This document shows positions 1 to 9,269 of a stretch of 20,000 bases of DNA, piece by piece (the stretch's first letter is position 1; every line of letters starts with the position of its first letter). Source of the DNA: Lama guanicoe (lineage: Eukaryota); assembly GCA_013239625.1 (NCBI GenBank), contig MU054338.1, positions 3,101,956-3,121,955 on the forward strand, written 5' to 3'. The notes beneath the pieces were generated by a model. The model ran no database searches and was not told the DNA's origin. It saw only the letters and a program-made list of their open reading frames with translations. The translations under genes and the position numbers were made by a program.

Positions 1-385
1 AGACTGTGGTACATCCACACAATGGAATACTACTCACCAAGAAAAAGGAAGGAACTATATACTCACACAACAGCATGGCTGAATCTCACACAGTTATGCT
101 CAGGGAAATAAGCCAGACAAAATGAGTACATATGGTTGGGTTCCATTTCTAGAAAACTCCAGAAAATTCTAACTCATCTATAGTGACAGACAACAGGTCA
201 GTGGTTGCCTGGGGACAGGGATGGGTAGGTGAGAGGGATGACAAACAGACAGGAGGAAACTTTCGGGGGTGACAGATGTGTTCATGATCTTGGTGGCAGT
301 GATGGCTTTGTGGATGTCAGTAAGTTGTACGCTATGCATATCTGCACCTCATTATATGTCAATTACACAATAGGGCTGCTTTAAA
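1..385 (+). mobile_element. Old L1 (L1MC/L1MD-like), ORF2 end and 3' UTR fragment
   Basis: ctgtggtacatccacacaatggaatactactca...atctatagtgacaga...cagtggttgcctgggg...gaggaaactttcgggggtga are typical L1M 3' motifs. Confidence 0.85.
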
Positions 386-545
386 ATGTATTCATCTCTT
401 CTTTCTTTGTCCATCAGTAAATATTTATTGAGCACCTACTGTGTGCCAGTCTCTCTTTAGAGCTAGGGGACATGGCTGTGAACAAGACAGACCAAGACCC
501 CTGCCCATGTGATATTTTAGCTAGGGAACACAGACAACTGTAATG
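386..545 (-). mobile_element. L2 3' end (first part, interrupted by MER82)
   Basis: aaatatttattgagcacctactgtgtgccag...gtgaacaagacagac is the reverse complement of the L2 3' terminus. Confidence 0.85.
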
Positions 546-569
546 AAATTCAAATATATATTCTCTACA

Positions 570-1193
570 TATTCAATTCTCCTTATTTGCAGATCTGGCG
601 TTTGCAAAATCACCTCATTTCTAACATTTATTTGCAATTCCAAAATGAATACATCCAGCTTTCACAGTCATTTTCGAACATGCACAGAGTGGTGAAAAGT
701 GTCACCCACCATGTGTGTTCCCCACAAGGCTGAATCAGGCAATGCTCTGTCTTCTTTCAGCTCAGACTGTGAGCAAGTGTCCATTTCAGGGTTTTTTTTG
801 TATTGTTGTTGCTGCTGGTGGTGGTGCTTTGGCTTTCTAAAATGGTCCCCAATTGTGGTGCTAAGTGCCGTTCAGTGTCCTAAGCTCAGGAAGGCTGAGA
901 TGCTTATGGAGGAAATACGTGTGTTAGGTGAGCCGCATTCAGGCATGAGCTATAGCCCTGTTGTTTGGGATCAATGCTAATGAATCAACAATATATATTA
1001 AATGAGGTGGCCTTAAACAGAAATACACATAAAACAAGGCTGTATATTGCTTGGTTGATGGAAATCTTGCGATCAGAGGCTTGCAGAGACCTAACCTCAG
1101 ATGTCCTCCAGGAGGCAATGTCCAGCACTGGCTAGGTCACTGTGTATGGCGACTTTATAGAACAGAACTCCTATGGATAGAGAGAATCAACTG
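570..1193. mobile_element. Near full-length MER82-like (TcMar-Tigger) DNA transposon fossil
   Basis: Decayed inverted ends (tattcaattctccttatttgc...gagagaatcaactg). Internal aatgaatcaacaatatatattaaat...ttaaacagaaatacacataaaacaagg matches the recalled MER82 consensus. About 620 bp. Confidence 0.8.
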
Positions 1194-1199
1194 TGATAT

Positions 1200-1360
1200 A
1201 ACAGATGGGAGTAAGTGAAGGAAGGGAAATTAATTGGGGTGAGAAGGAGGTGCTTTTTAGAGGGTTTCAGGGATGATACATTTGTGCAGAGACCTGAGTG
1301 GATGGGTCAGTGTGTCTCTGGGGAAAGGCAAAGGCCCTGAGGGATGTATGTTGATTCAAA
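1200..1360 (-). mobile_element. L2 continuation after the MER82 insertion
   Basis: gatacatttgtgcagagacctgag...gcaaaggccctgagg are L2 antisense motifs. Confidence 0.65.
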
Positions 1361-1504
1361 CACGTGCCCTGTATCTGCTCTATTGTCATCTGCTTCTTCC
1401 CTTGACATGGGAGAAACATATTCTCACATCAATACGGAGCCATCAAGATTTGTTTTCCAATTTAGTTATTTGTCAGAGGAAGATTTATCACACCAAACGC
1501 CTTG

Positions 1505-1971
1505 TGTGCCAAGCCACTGTAGAAGATAGCGTGGCAGTTCCTCAAAAGATGAAACACGGAATGACTGTATGATGTGGTAATCCCACTCCTGAGTATGTAC
1601 CCAAAGGAAGTGGAAGCAAGGGCTCAAACAGATATTTGCACACCTGTGTTCACAGCTGCATGATTCACAACAGCCAAGAGGTGGAGTCAACCCAAGTGTC
1701 CATCAACAGATGACTGGGTGAACAAAACATGGTCCAGACACACACTGGAGTACTATTCAGCCTTAAAAAGGAAGCAAACTCTGACACACACGACAACATG
1801 GGTAACCTGGAGGACATGATGCTCCATGAAATAACCCAGGCACAGGAAGACAAACACTGTCTGATTCCACTCACAGGAGGTCCCTAGAGGAGTCACATCT
1901 ATAGAGACAGGAAGTAGATGGTGGGTGCTCCTGCCTTGGGGAGGAGATGTGGAGTTCCTGTTTAATGGTGA
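1505..1971 (+). mobile_element. L1MB-like ORF2 C-terminus and 3' UTR fragment
   Basis: gcagttcctcaaaa...atcccactcctgagtatgtacccaaagga...caacccaagtgtccatcaacagatga...tactattcagccttaaaaaggaag. Confidence 0.9.
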
Positions 1972-2742
1972 TTGGCATGGCTGCAAGGTGGTGACTGCTG
2001 AAATTTTGCAACCAAAACAATTGGCCTTTTTTTTTCATGGCTGTTTCAGATTCTGGATGATAAAACGGTGGCCACTGGTCTCGTCTCAGCAGACCTCCTG
2101 GTTCCACTAATGGCCCTGAACTTGGGCAGTCACATCAATGGCTGGTTTTAAATTCAGAAAGTGTTGAGTTCTTAAAAAGAGCTGTGTCCCCCAGCCTTAC
2201 AGGCACCCTCCAGGGACGTAACTGGCACACAGGGAGACCTCAGAGTGGCCTAAAAGAACAGTGGCTATTCTCTCCAGGACCCAGATGTCCCCTTCTAGGG
2301 ACATTGTATTAACCATGCCTTTCAATTTCTGATGCTTTGACATCTGGGGCCACACGGGCCCTGGAGAACGGCCCCTCCCAGAGCTAAGTAGTTCTGAGAG
2401 AGAGTGAACAACTCCTGCGAGCGCACTTTTCAAAAACAAGCCAGCCAATCCAGAGCCCACACCATCAGCCCCTCCTCCGTGGGGCTCTCACAAGCTGGGT
2501 TGCTATCCCCCTGCCCTAGTGCCCCAAGGACCAGATACTGGCCAACTGGGCATCCCCTCCACCCAGACCCTGCTGACATCCTCCAGACAAGCCCATCCTA
2601 AGCCTGCTTACCCTGCCCTGCTTGTTCCTTCTCTCGGAAAGCACAGGAAGGGCTCCAGCCCACGTCCCCCTTTCCCTCGCCTCCTGGCCGACCCTGGCGC
2701 CTCCCCGTGAGGCTCTGCTTGACATGGAGAGCCCTCTCCTCT

Positions 2743-2796
2743 CGTTTTCTGTTTTTAAGTTGAAGTATAGTCAGCTTACAACGTTGTGTCAGTTTT
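2743..2796 (-). mobile_element. Very short, 5'-truncated L1 3' terminus
   Basis: ttgaagtatagtcagcttacaacgttgtgtcagttt is the reverse complement of the artiodactyl/camelid L1 extreme 3' end, preceded by a decayed poly(T). Confidence 0.7.
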
Positions 2797-2807
2797 TACC
2801 CTCCTCT

Positions 2808-2924
2808 TTTTTTTTTCAATCAGGTAATTAGTTTTATTATTTATTTTTAGAGGCGGTACTGGAGACTGAGCCCAGGACCACGCGCACACTAGGCACGTGC
2901 CCCGCCACTTGAGCTGTACCCTCC
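2808..2924 (-). mobile_element. Camelid Vic-1-type tRNA-derived SINE
   Basis: Reverse complement reads ggagggtacagctcaagtgg...ggtcctgggctcagtctccagtacc...aaataaataat...ctaattacc + poly(A). 17-bp TSD agtttttaccctcctct (2791-2807) / agtttctcccctcctct (2925-2941). Confidence 0.9.
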
Positions 2925-3044
2925 AGTTTCTCCCCTCCTCTGAAGAACTGTAACAAACTCTTTTTCAATGGCAGTTGTCTCCTGATCTGTTGGCCTTAAC
3001 GAACCTCAAATTTTCTATTAACACACTATATTTTAAAAATTAGT

Positions 3045-3252
3045 TATTTTTACAAAATTTTGGTGGCATATACATAAAACAAAATTTATTTTTCAATGCA
3101 ACCATTTTTAAGAGCATGGTTCCATGGCATAAAGTACATTGTCACTGTTGTGTAACCATCCCTACCATCCCTCTCCAGAATTTATTCATCTTCCCAAACT
3201 GAACTCCTGGTCCCATGAAGCACTCACTCCCCATTCCCCCCTTTCTCCAGCT
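3045..3252 (-). mobile_element. L1MB-like 3' end
   Basis: aagtacatt...ctgttgtgtaaccatc...ctccagaatttattcatcttcccaaactgaactc...cactccccattcccc. Confidence 0.85.
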
Positions 3253-3329
3253 AATACACCATACTTTTAAACAAACACACCTGCAGAAGATGTCCCATGC
3301 ACGGGGGAAGCTGCGGTCCCCAGGATGTC

Positions 3330-3560
3330 ATTACAGCAGCATTCAAAAGCCACTAAAAAGCCACTGGCTAAATCAATTATGATATGTCTGTATGTTGGGA
3401 TGTTGAAAAAAATGAAGAGGGTTTGAAATAGCCTGAGTAGGAGGCTCTCACTGAATGGATCTGGAGAAATCTCCAAGATGGATCGCTAAGTTTAAAAAAA
3501 GAAAAAAGAAAAAAGCAGAGCACAAAATGTGTAGCGCTTGCTGCCGTTTATGTAAAAGGA
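3330..3560 (+). mobile_element. Degraded L1ME-like 3' fragment
   Basis: ggctaaatcaattatgatat...tggagaaatctccaagat...ctaagtttaaaaaaag...gccgtttatgtaaaa. Confidence 0.5.
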
Positions 3561-3770
3561 TGCCAATACTGTATCAGATATTTGAAAGTTGCTAAGGGAG
3601 TTGATCTTAAAAGTTCTCATCACAGGGAAAAATATCTGTTACTGTGTGAGGTGATGGATGTTAGCTAGACTTACTGCGAGGACCATGTTTCAATATATTT
3701 AAATGTCAAATCACATGTCGTATACCTTACACTATGTCGATTACATCTTGATAAAACGAAGAGAAAAAAG
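3561..3770 (+). mobile_element. L1MA9/10-like 3' end
   Basis: ttgaaagttgctaagggagttgatcttaaaagttctcatcaca...tgtgaggtgatggatgtta, ending in an A-rich tail. Confidence 0.85.
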
Positions 3771-3846
3771 CAAAGGGGATTATACCTCCCCCAGCCCCAA
3801 AAAGGAAGGAGTAAGTATATGTTTTTCTAAAAGCTAAAAAAAATTC

Positions 3847-3884
3847 ATTGCTTCTCGGCCTTTTCGCTGAGATCAAGTGTAGTA
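3847..3884 (+). pseudogene. 3'-truncated (tailless) U2 snRNA retropseudogene, U2 nt 1-38
   Basis: attgcttctcggccttttcgctgagatcaagtgtagta matches the U2 5' end (ATCGCTTCTCGGCCTTTTGGCTAAGATCAAGTGTAGTA) at 35/38. Flanking direct repeats are AAAAGCT-A8-TTC (3829-3846) and AAAAGCT-A7-TTC (3884-3900). Confidence 0.95.
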
Positions 3885-4019
3885 AAAGCTAAAAAAATTC
3901 CTATCTGGGAACTGGGCAAATGGGGACAGAGCTGGGAGAGCTGTCACTCCTGTATCACTCTCTCTATCTCTCAGTGTATAGATGAGTTAGACATTTTATA
4001 TAAAATTCGGTCCATAAGT

Positions 4020-4155
4020 ATTTATAGTCTGTATATATTATACGTATATATATTTAATCTATATATTATACAATATATGAGAATATAATCTATTACATAG
4101 CAAATAATACACACACCAAGAGTGTCTATTTCTACATATATTTGTATACATGTAC
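4020..4155. repeat. AT-rich, degenerate (TA)n low-complexity tract
   Basis: tatatattatacgtatatatatttaatctatatattataca... Confidence 0.6.
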
Positions 4156-4189
4156 ATTTGCCCCAATTAGACTAAAATCTCAGAAGACA

Positions 4190-4315
4190 AAAGCAGCCAG
4201 TACCAGGGCTTCCCTGGGGAGAGGCATTCGGGTGACAGGGAGAGACTTTCCAACGTACACTCTGTGGTGCCTTCAGAGTTTTGTCCCATGGTCCGTGGAT
4301 TATTTATGCAAAAAC
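4190..4315 (+). mobile_element. Degraded L1ME-like 3' terminus
   Basis: ttccctggggagagg...gggagagactttc...tacactctgtggtgccttcagagttttgtcccatg...ttatttatgcaaaa. Confidence 0.45.
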
Positions 4316-4584
4316 AGATCCTATTTGCACAAAGAGAGAGGTAGCTCTAGGGGCACTGCCCTGGCGTGTTGTGTGCGGTGAGTTAAATCAGGATGAAATG
4401 AGACTCTGTAAAGCACACCTGTGGGAGGGGACGTGCGGAGAGGGAGAGACAGAGGGACCCGAGTCCCATCAGAAGACGCCCGCAAGGCTTTTCACTGCAG
4501 CTCTTCCATCTCGCAGAACGTTACTGGTGGGGCTGGAGGGCACTCTCGCTCCTTAACTTAAATGTGTTAAACAAATAAGAGAAT

Positions 4585-4680
4585 ACGGTGACCTTATGGG
4601 TAATTTTTGTACCCCCTCCCTGTGTGTTTCTCTGTCTTCTAAATCTTTGCTAATAGACACACGTTGCCTCTCTAAGCAAG
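4585..4680 (+). mobile_element. Degraded L1ME-like 3' terminus
   Basis: ttatgggtaatttttgt...tttctctgtcttctaaatctttgctaatagacac. Confidence 0.4.
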
Positions 4681-4719
4681 GTCTGCAGGGTCTGCCGGGT
4701 CCCCTGCAAGTGTCCGTGG

Positions 4720-5300
4720 GTCACACGAATCTTGCTGCTGTGAATACGTGTGTACGGGCTGCTGAGGGGACGTAAGTTTTCATTGCTCCTGAGTAGATAA
4801 CTAGGAGTCGAATTGCTGGGTCATGTGGTGATTCTATGTTTAACTTTTGGAGGAACTGTCAGACTGTTTTCCACAGCGGCTGTACCATTTTCTATCCCCG
4901 CCAGCCACGTACAAGGGTCTCAGTTCCTCCACAGCCTCTCCAGTGCTCATTATGGTCTGTTTTTGCCTGGAGCCATCCTGGTGGGCATGCCACAGTATCT
5001 CATTGTAGTTTTCTTTCATTTTCCTCTTTAAAAAGTTATCATTTCATCTTATTTTGGGGAGTGGGAGAGGTAATTTGGTTCACTTATTTATTTACTTTCT
5101 TATTTAACAGAGGTACTGGGGATTGAACCCAGGACCTGTGCATTCTAAGCATGCGCTCTACCACTGAGCTGTACCCTCCTCCCACATTATGGTTTTTCAC
5201 ATGCTTTTCTTCACCTACTACTGATGCCAGCATTTCTTCTTGTGGTCCTTGGCCATCTGTATCTCTTCTTTGGACATTCAAATCACTTGCTTTTTAAATT
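4720..5300 (-). mobile_element. L1M ORF2 C-terminal fragment, interrupted by a SINE at about 5013-5184
   Basis: aattgctgggtcatgtggt...ctatgtttaacttttggaggaactgtcagactgttttccacagcggctgtaccatttt...tatctcattgtagtttt, resuming ...ttggccatctgtatctcttctttgga. Confidence 0.9.
5013..5183 (-). mobile_element. Camelid Vic-1-type tRNA-derived SINE with an extended tail
   Basis: gaggtactggggattgaacccaggacc...ctaagcatgcgctctaccactgagctgtaccctcc. Probable TSD cattgtagtttt (5001-5012) / cattatggtttt (5185-5196). Confidence 0.92.
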
Positions 5301-5354
5301 CTTAATTCTTTTCATTGTTCTTTTTTTTTTTTTTCTCATTCTGTGAATGTTCAC

Positions 5355-5500
5355 CAACAACCCGTCTGTTACAGAACTTTCTCCTCTCCACTTTACAGAT
5401 GAGGAAACAGGCTCAGAGAGGGACAGTGACTTGCCCCAGGTCACTGAATAAGAACCAGTGGCAGCCAGGACTTCGAGCCAAGTCAGTGTGGCCCCAGAGA
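5355..5500 (-). mobile_element. MIR SINE
   Basis: ctttacagatgaggaaacaggctcagagaggga...tgacttgccccaggtcac is the MIR core. Confidence 0.9.
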
Positions 5501-5739
5501 TAGGAGAGGGGGAGGGGGAGGGCTCCTGGGAGGCCCTGGGAGAGGGGGTCCCCACCCACCCACCGCTGAGGGATGGAAGGTCCTCTCTTCCAGCTCAGCA
5601 CAGAAAGCAGCCCTTGTGAAAAATGAAGACTCAGTTCAGGCAGAGGTGGGTCTCAGGGCTGCCCCACCTCACCACCCACCTCTAACATCCACTCGGTGCA
5701 CACAGAGCCAGAGGCACACACCAAACGCGGGCAAGCGCG

Positions 5740-5753
5740 CACACACACACACA

Positions 5754-5796
<43 letters not shown>
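5740..5796. repeat. (CA)n microsatellite, about 28 units with one interruption
   Basis: Seen directly in the sequence. Confidence 0.97.
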
Positions 5797-5798
<2 letters not shown>

Positions 5799-6184
5799 AT
5801 CTTCCCATTCTTCAAAATCAGAGCCCCTGGGAGAACCCAGCTCGGCCCAGCGGCCTCCCTGCCTCATCCTGGCTTGGTCTCCCAGCCGCTCGTGTGAACA
5901 TGTGTGCATGTGACAGAAAGGCTGAGCTGGGGTACCAGCAGAGAAGGCACAGAGGGAGGCAGACATGGGGAGATGGAGAGGACAGGTGATCCTCCCTCTG
6001 TTCCCTGGCTGAGTTGGCCATGGAGAGGACTGTAGGATGGAATTTTCTGGAAGAGAAGGTGAAGGGATTGCCCAACTATTCACAGCATGGCTGGGGCCCT
6101 TGGCAAAAGGGAGGCCGAGATCTAAACCATCAGTTCTGCAGGTTTGGGGTTTGGGCTGCACTCTTTTTTTTTTTTTAATGGTCT

Positions 6185-6609
6185 TGTTACGGAAGCGACA
6201 GGCCAGTCAAGAAACAAGCACCACTCGGAGGGCTGGAGCACTAAGATGTATTACCCGGCGGGCTCAGAGGGGCTTCTGCTCCGAAGCTCTGAGTACCTCC
6301 AAGACGTGCGCATGAGGTTTTATAGGGTAAAGTACAAGCTTGGGGTATTCGGCCAATAGGCATGGAACAGCTTTAGCAGCATTATCATCACAAAAGTGGG
6401 GGCGGGGAGGCAGCAAACCAACATTCCAAAGCCAGATATGTATCTTTGAAAACCCAGCTGGCTAGCAAAAAACATGAACAGCAAACCAACACTAATTAAC
6501 CTAATATTCCAATAATTTGTGAGTTATCTTGTTAGACCAGCCCAGCCTCTCCTTCACATTCCTAGACTTGTGAGTTATCTTGTTAGACCAGCCCAGTCTT
6601 TCCTTCACA
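6185..6609 (-). mobile_element. Young solo ERV (ERV1-like) LTR, 425 bp
   Basis: Minus strand begins TGTGAAGG and ends GTAACA. It carries a GC box at 6399-6407, CCAAT at 6353-6357, TATAAAA at 6324-6318 and a poly(A)-signal variant AATACA at 6252-6247. Flanks gtct/gttt match 3/4, and CpGs are retained. Confidence 0.75.
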
Positions 6610-6699
6610 GTTTCACATAAAAATTGAAATCTCCAGCTTCTCCAGAAGCAATGGTTGGCTCAGGCAGGGAAGGCCTGCTTTCCTGCCTGGTGACATGTG

Positions 6700-6995
6700 G
6701 CCGTGAGCAGAGGCTGTGCTTGTGTGTTTGTGATCTGTGAGTCTTTGCAGGATGGGCATGTGAAGGTGGCCTCGCAGCCCACGTGGATGGGATCTGGACT
6801 TGTGTCCTCCTGTGCATCTGCAGCTGGTAAGTGTGTGCCTGGCTGTGTGTAGGAGACACTTAATTCATTTTGTGAGAGTGTGTCCTTTCCAGTTCTCTGT
6901 GCTTGCGTCTCCGTCTGTGGGTGAGTGTGCACCGTGATCTGTGCATCTGTCACCAGAGGTGAGGATCTGTGCTCATGACATCTGTGATCATGGGG
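6700..6995. repeat. Degenerate TG-rich low-complexity tract
   Basis: Many tgtg/tgtgtg units. Confidence 0.5.
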
Positions 6996-7157
6996 GGTGT
7001 CCCTGAGTGGGAACCTTTGGGTGGCTCTCTCTGGGTTCTGCAGTGTGCGTACCAGGCGGGCCCTGCTCCTGGGGTCCAGGTTCCAGCCTCCTTGCCCCTT
7101 CCAGCCAGCCCAGTGCATTTTCCCAGGACACCCCGGACCCCAAAATGGAGAGGCGTT

Positions 7158-7252
7158 CTCCTCCCACCTTACCCTCCCTCCCTTCTCTTCCTTCCTCCCT
7201 CTCACTTCCTTCCCCTTTCTCTTCCTCCCCTCCCCGCTCTGCTCCCCTCTCC
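7158..7252. repeat. Polypyrimidine (CT-rich) tract
   Basis: ccctccctcccttctcttccttcctccctctcacttccttcccc... Confidence 0.7.
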
Positions 7253-7479
7253 CAGCTCTGCAGTGAAAGCAGCTGGGGAGAGGTGGCCGCAGGCTGCCAT
7301 CAGCTCCAATAGGCTTAAGTGGCCCATTTCCTGGGCCAGCCGGACTCCCACCACAGACACCATTAGGGAAATGAGCCCACAGTCCCTTCCCAGCCCCAGG
7401 GCACTGGCAAGTCAGGAGGGGGCGTCCCCAGACCCTTGGGGCTGCTGTTCCCTCCCTTGTGCACTTAAAGGGGATGGGG

Positions 7480-7930
7480 GCAGGGAGGCGGGAGGAAGAG
7501 CCGCAGAGAGAGGCCGAGACAGCGGACAGAAATGCACACGGGGTCAGGTGGGGCAGAAAGAGGGAGACGAGATGGAGAGAAAGAGAGAGAAGGAGAGCCA
7601 GAGACACAGAAGGGCAGAGATGGAGAGATAGAGGGAGAGAAGGAGATAGAGGCGGGAGGAGGTGGAGACAAAGACAGATCAAAAGTCCGGCGGGGAGGGA
7701 GAAAGGGAAATGAGGTGAAGGGGATACTGACAGACAACGACAGACACACAGCGTCTCCAAAAGGGAGAGCCCCAGAGGGCCTGGGGAGACAGGGCGGGGA
7801 GAGATGTGAGAGAGAGAGACAGAGACAGAGGAGAAAGACACAACCAAACACAAAAAGAGAAAGCTGTCCAGGCCTGGGAACCGACAAGTGACAGCCCTCA
7901 GAAGGGAGGTGGGGAGGAAAAGAGAGAAAG
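7480..7930. repeat. GA-rich low-complexity tract
   Basis: gagagaaagagagagaaggagagccagagacacaga... This tract explains the spurious long ORFs here. Confidence 0.8.
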
Positions 7931-8099
7931 CCTGGGGGATCTCCCCAGGGAGTGAGGGGGTTTGTGGGGAGACCAAACACAGACTCAGGTGGGGACAGAA
8001 CCCGCCCACGCCTCCCCCACGCCTCCCAAGGCATTTTGGCATAAAACCAGTAGTTAAGGTACTGAGTGTACACCAAGCTCTGTTGGGGTCACTTTGATC

Positions 8100-8262
8100 T
8101 TTCATTTATTTATCCAGCTCCTGCTCATGCCAGGCGCGGGGCTGGACCCGGGGACACCGCGGCAGTGAAGAAATGAAGGAACTGCCTGTCCTAGTGGAGC
8201 TGACCTTCCGGGGGGAGAGGCAACCCGACACTCCACGAGAAACAGATAATCAGAGACGGTGG
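8100..8262 (-). mobile_element. L2 3' end
   Basis: ttcatttatttat...atgccaggc...ggggacac...ctgcctgtcctagtggagctgaccttc. Confidence 0.7.
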
Positions 8263-8309
8263 TCACAACCGCCCAGCCTGGGGGCTCGGAGCATCCCCCT
8301 CCTCAGTAA

Positions 8310-8885
8310 GTTGCCAGGTGATCCAGCAGTTCCACTCCTGTCTACACCCAAGACAGAAGGCAACACATGTCTGCATGAAAATGTACGTGCCAGTGTTCAT
8401 AGCGGAATTGTTTATCATAGCCCCAAAGGGCAAGCAATCCACACGTCCATCAGTGGGTGAATGGATACGCCAGATGTGGTCCACCCTTTACAGTAGAATA
8501 TTATTCAGCCTTCAAAAGGAGCAAAGCACTGATCTGTGCTCCAATGTGGATGAACCTCAGAAACAAGATGCTCAGGGAAAGAAGTTGGACACAAAAGGTC
8601 ACATAGTGTGTGATTCCATCCGGAAACGTTCAGAACAGGCAAATCCACAGGGACAGGAAGTGGATTAGTGACTGCCAGGGACTGGCAGAGAGGGAATGGG
8701 GAGGGATTATTGGTGAGGATGAGGTTTTCCTCCAGGAGGAATGAAAATGTTCTGAATTAGACTGTGGTGATGGTTGCACAACTCTGTGACTATACTAAAA
8801 CCAGAAAGAAAAAACAGTACACCTTAAAGGGGTGAATTGTATGGCATGTGAATTATATCTTAATAAAACTGTCTCAAAGAAAAAA
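8310..8885 (+). mobile_element. L1MB7/8-like ORF2 end plus complete 3' UTR
   Basis: gatccagcagttccactcctg...tgttcatagcgga...gaaaatgttctgaattagactgtggtgatggttgcacaactctgtga...gtgaattatatcttaataaaa + A tail. Confidence 0.92.
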
Positions 8886-9269
8886 GCATCCTCGAATCCA
8901 AGCTGGAGCTCATGATAATGCCCTGTACACCAGCTCTTTGCAGCCCTGAGACAAGATCTGGGGACTCATCATTCACGTAGGGGCAGAGGGAGCCCTGGGA
9001 GGAGGGAGGAAGGTGAGATGGAGCAGGGAGGGGGCAACGCATAAGGAGTTCACCACGGGGTTTAGGGAGACTAAACAGGACACAGTCAGAGTCGGCTCTC
9101 CCTTTATCCAGCAACACCTGGGGGTCCCATCCGGAGCAGGTCCCCTCACATGCTGACCAAGTTCAGTGCCCTGACCAGAGAACATCCTAAACTTACAAGA
9201 CTCAGGAACTGACAACAGGTGGCATCTAGTGGGGGCTGAGGGGATGTGAGGGGGGCAGCAACTGTGACT

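Larger units (their letters stand above)
2305..3039 (+). mobile_element. MER74-like (ERVL) solo LTR, interrupted at about 2743-2941
   Basis: Begins tgtattaaccatg...tgatgctttgacatctggggcc, contains ccaatccagagcccacacc, and ends ctttttcaatggcagttgtctcctgatctgttggcc...ttttaaaa. Confidence 0.75.

Noticed and set aside
2026..2150. Strong-looking acceptor (T-run...gtttcag|) followed by ILDDKTVATGLVSADLL...
   Set aside because: The frame is short, ends in a stop, has no clear donor and has no recognisable homology
5616..6161. ORFs with HTHT or CVCV runs
   Set aside because: These are translations of the (CA)n microsatellite
6660..8105. 481-aa minus-strand ORF and the overlapping 220-aa and 203-aa ORFs
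   Set aside because: They run through GA/CT and TG low-complexity tracts that lack stop codons. The composition is biased to L/S/P or R/E/G and shows no domain features.
9217..9236. CTCF-like motif (reverse complement ccactagatgccac)
   Set aside because: It has a mismatch in the conserved GG core and also resembles a short MER20 piece, so it cannot be supported from sequence alone
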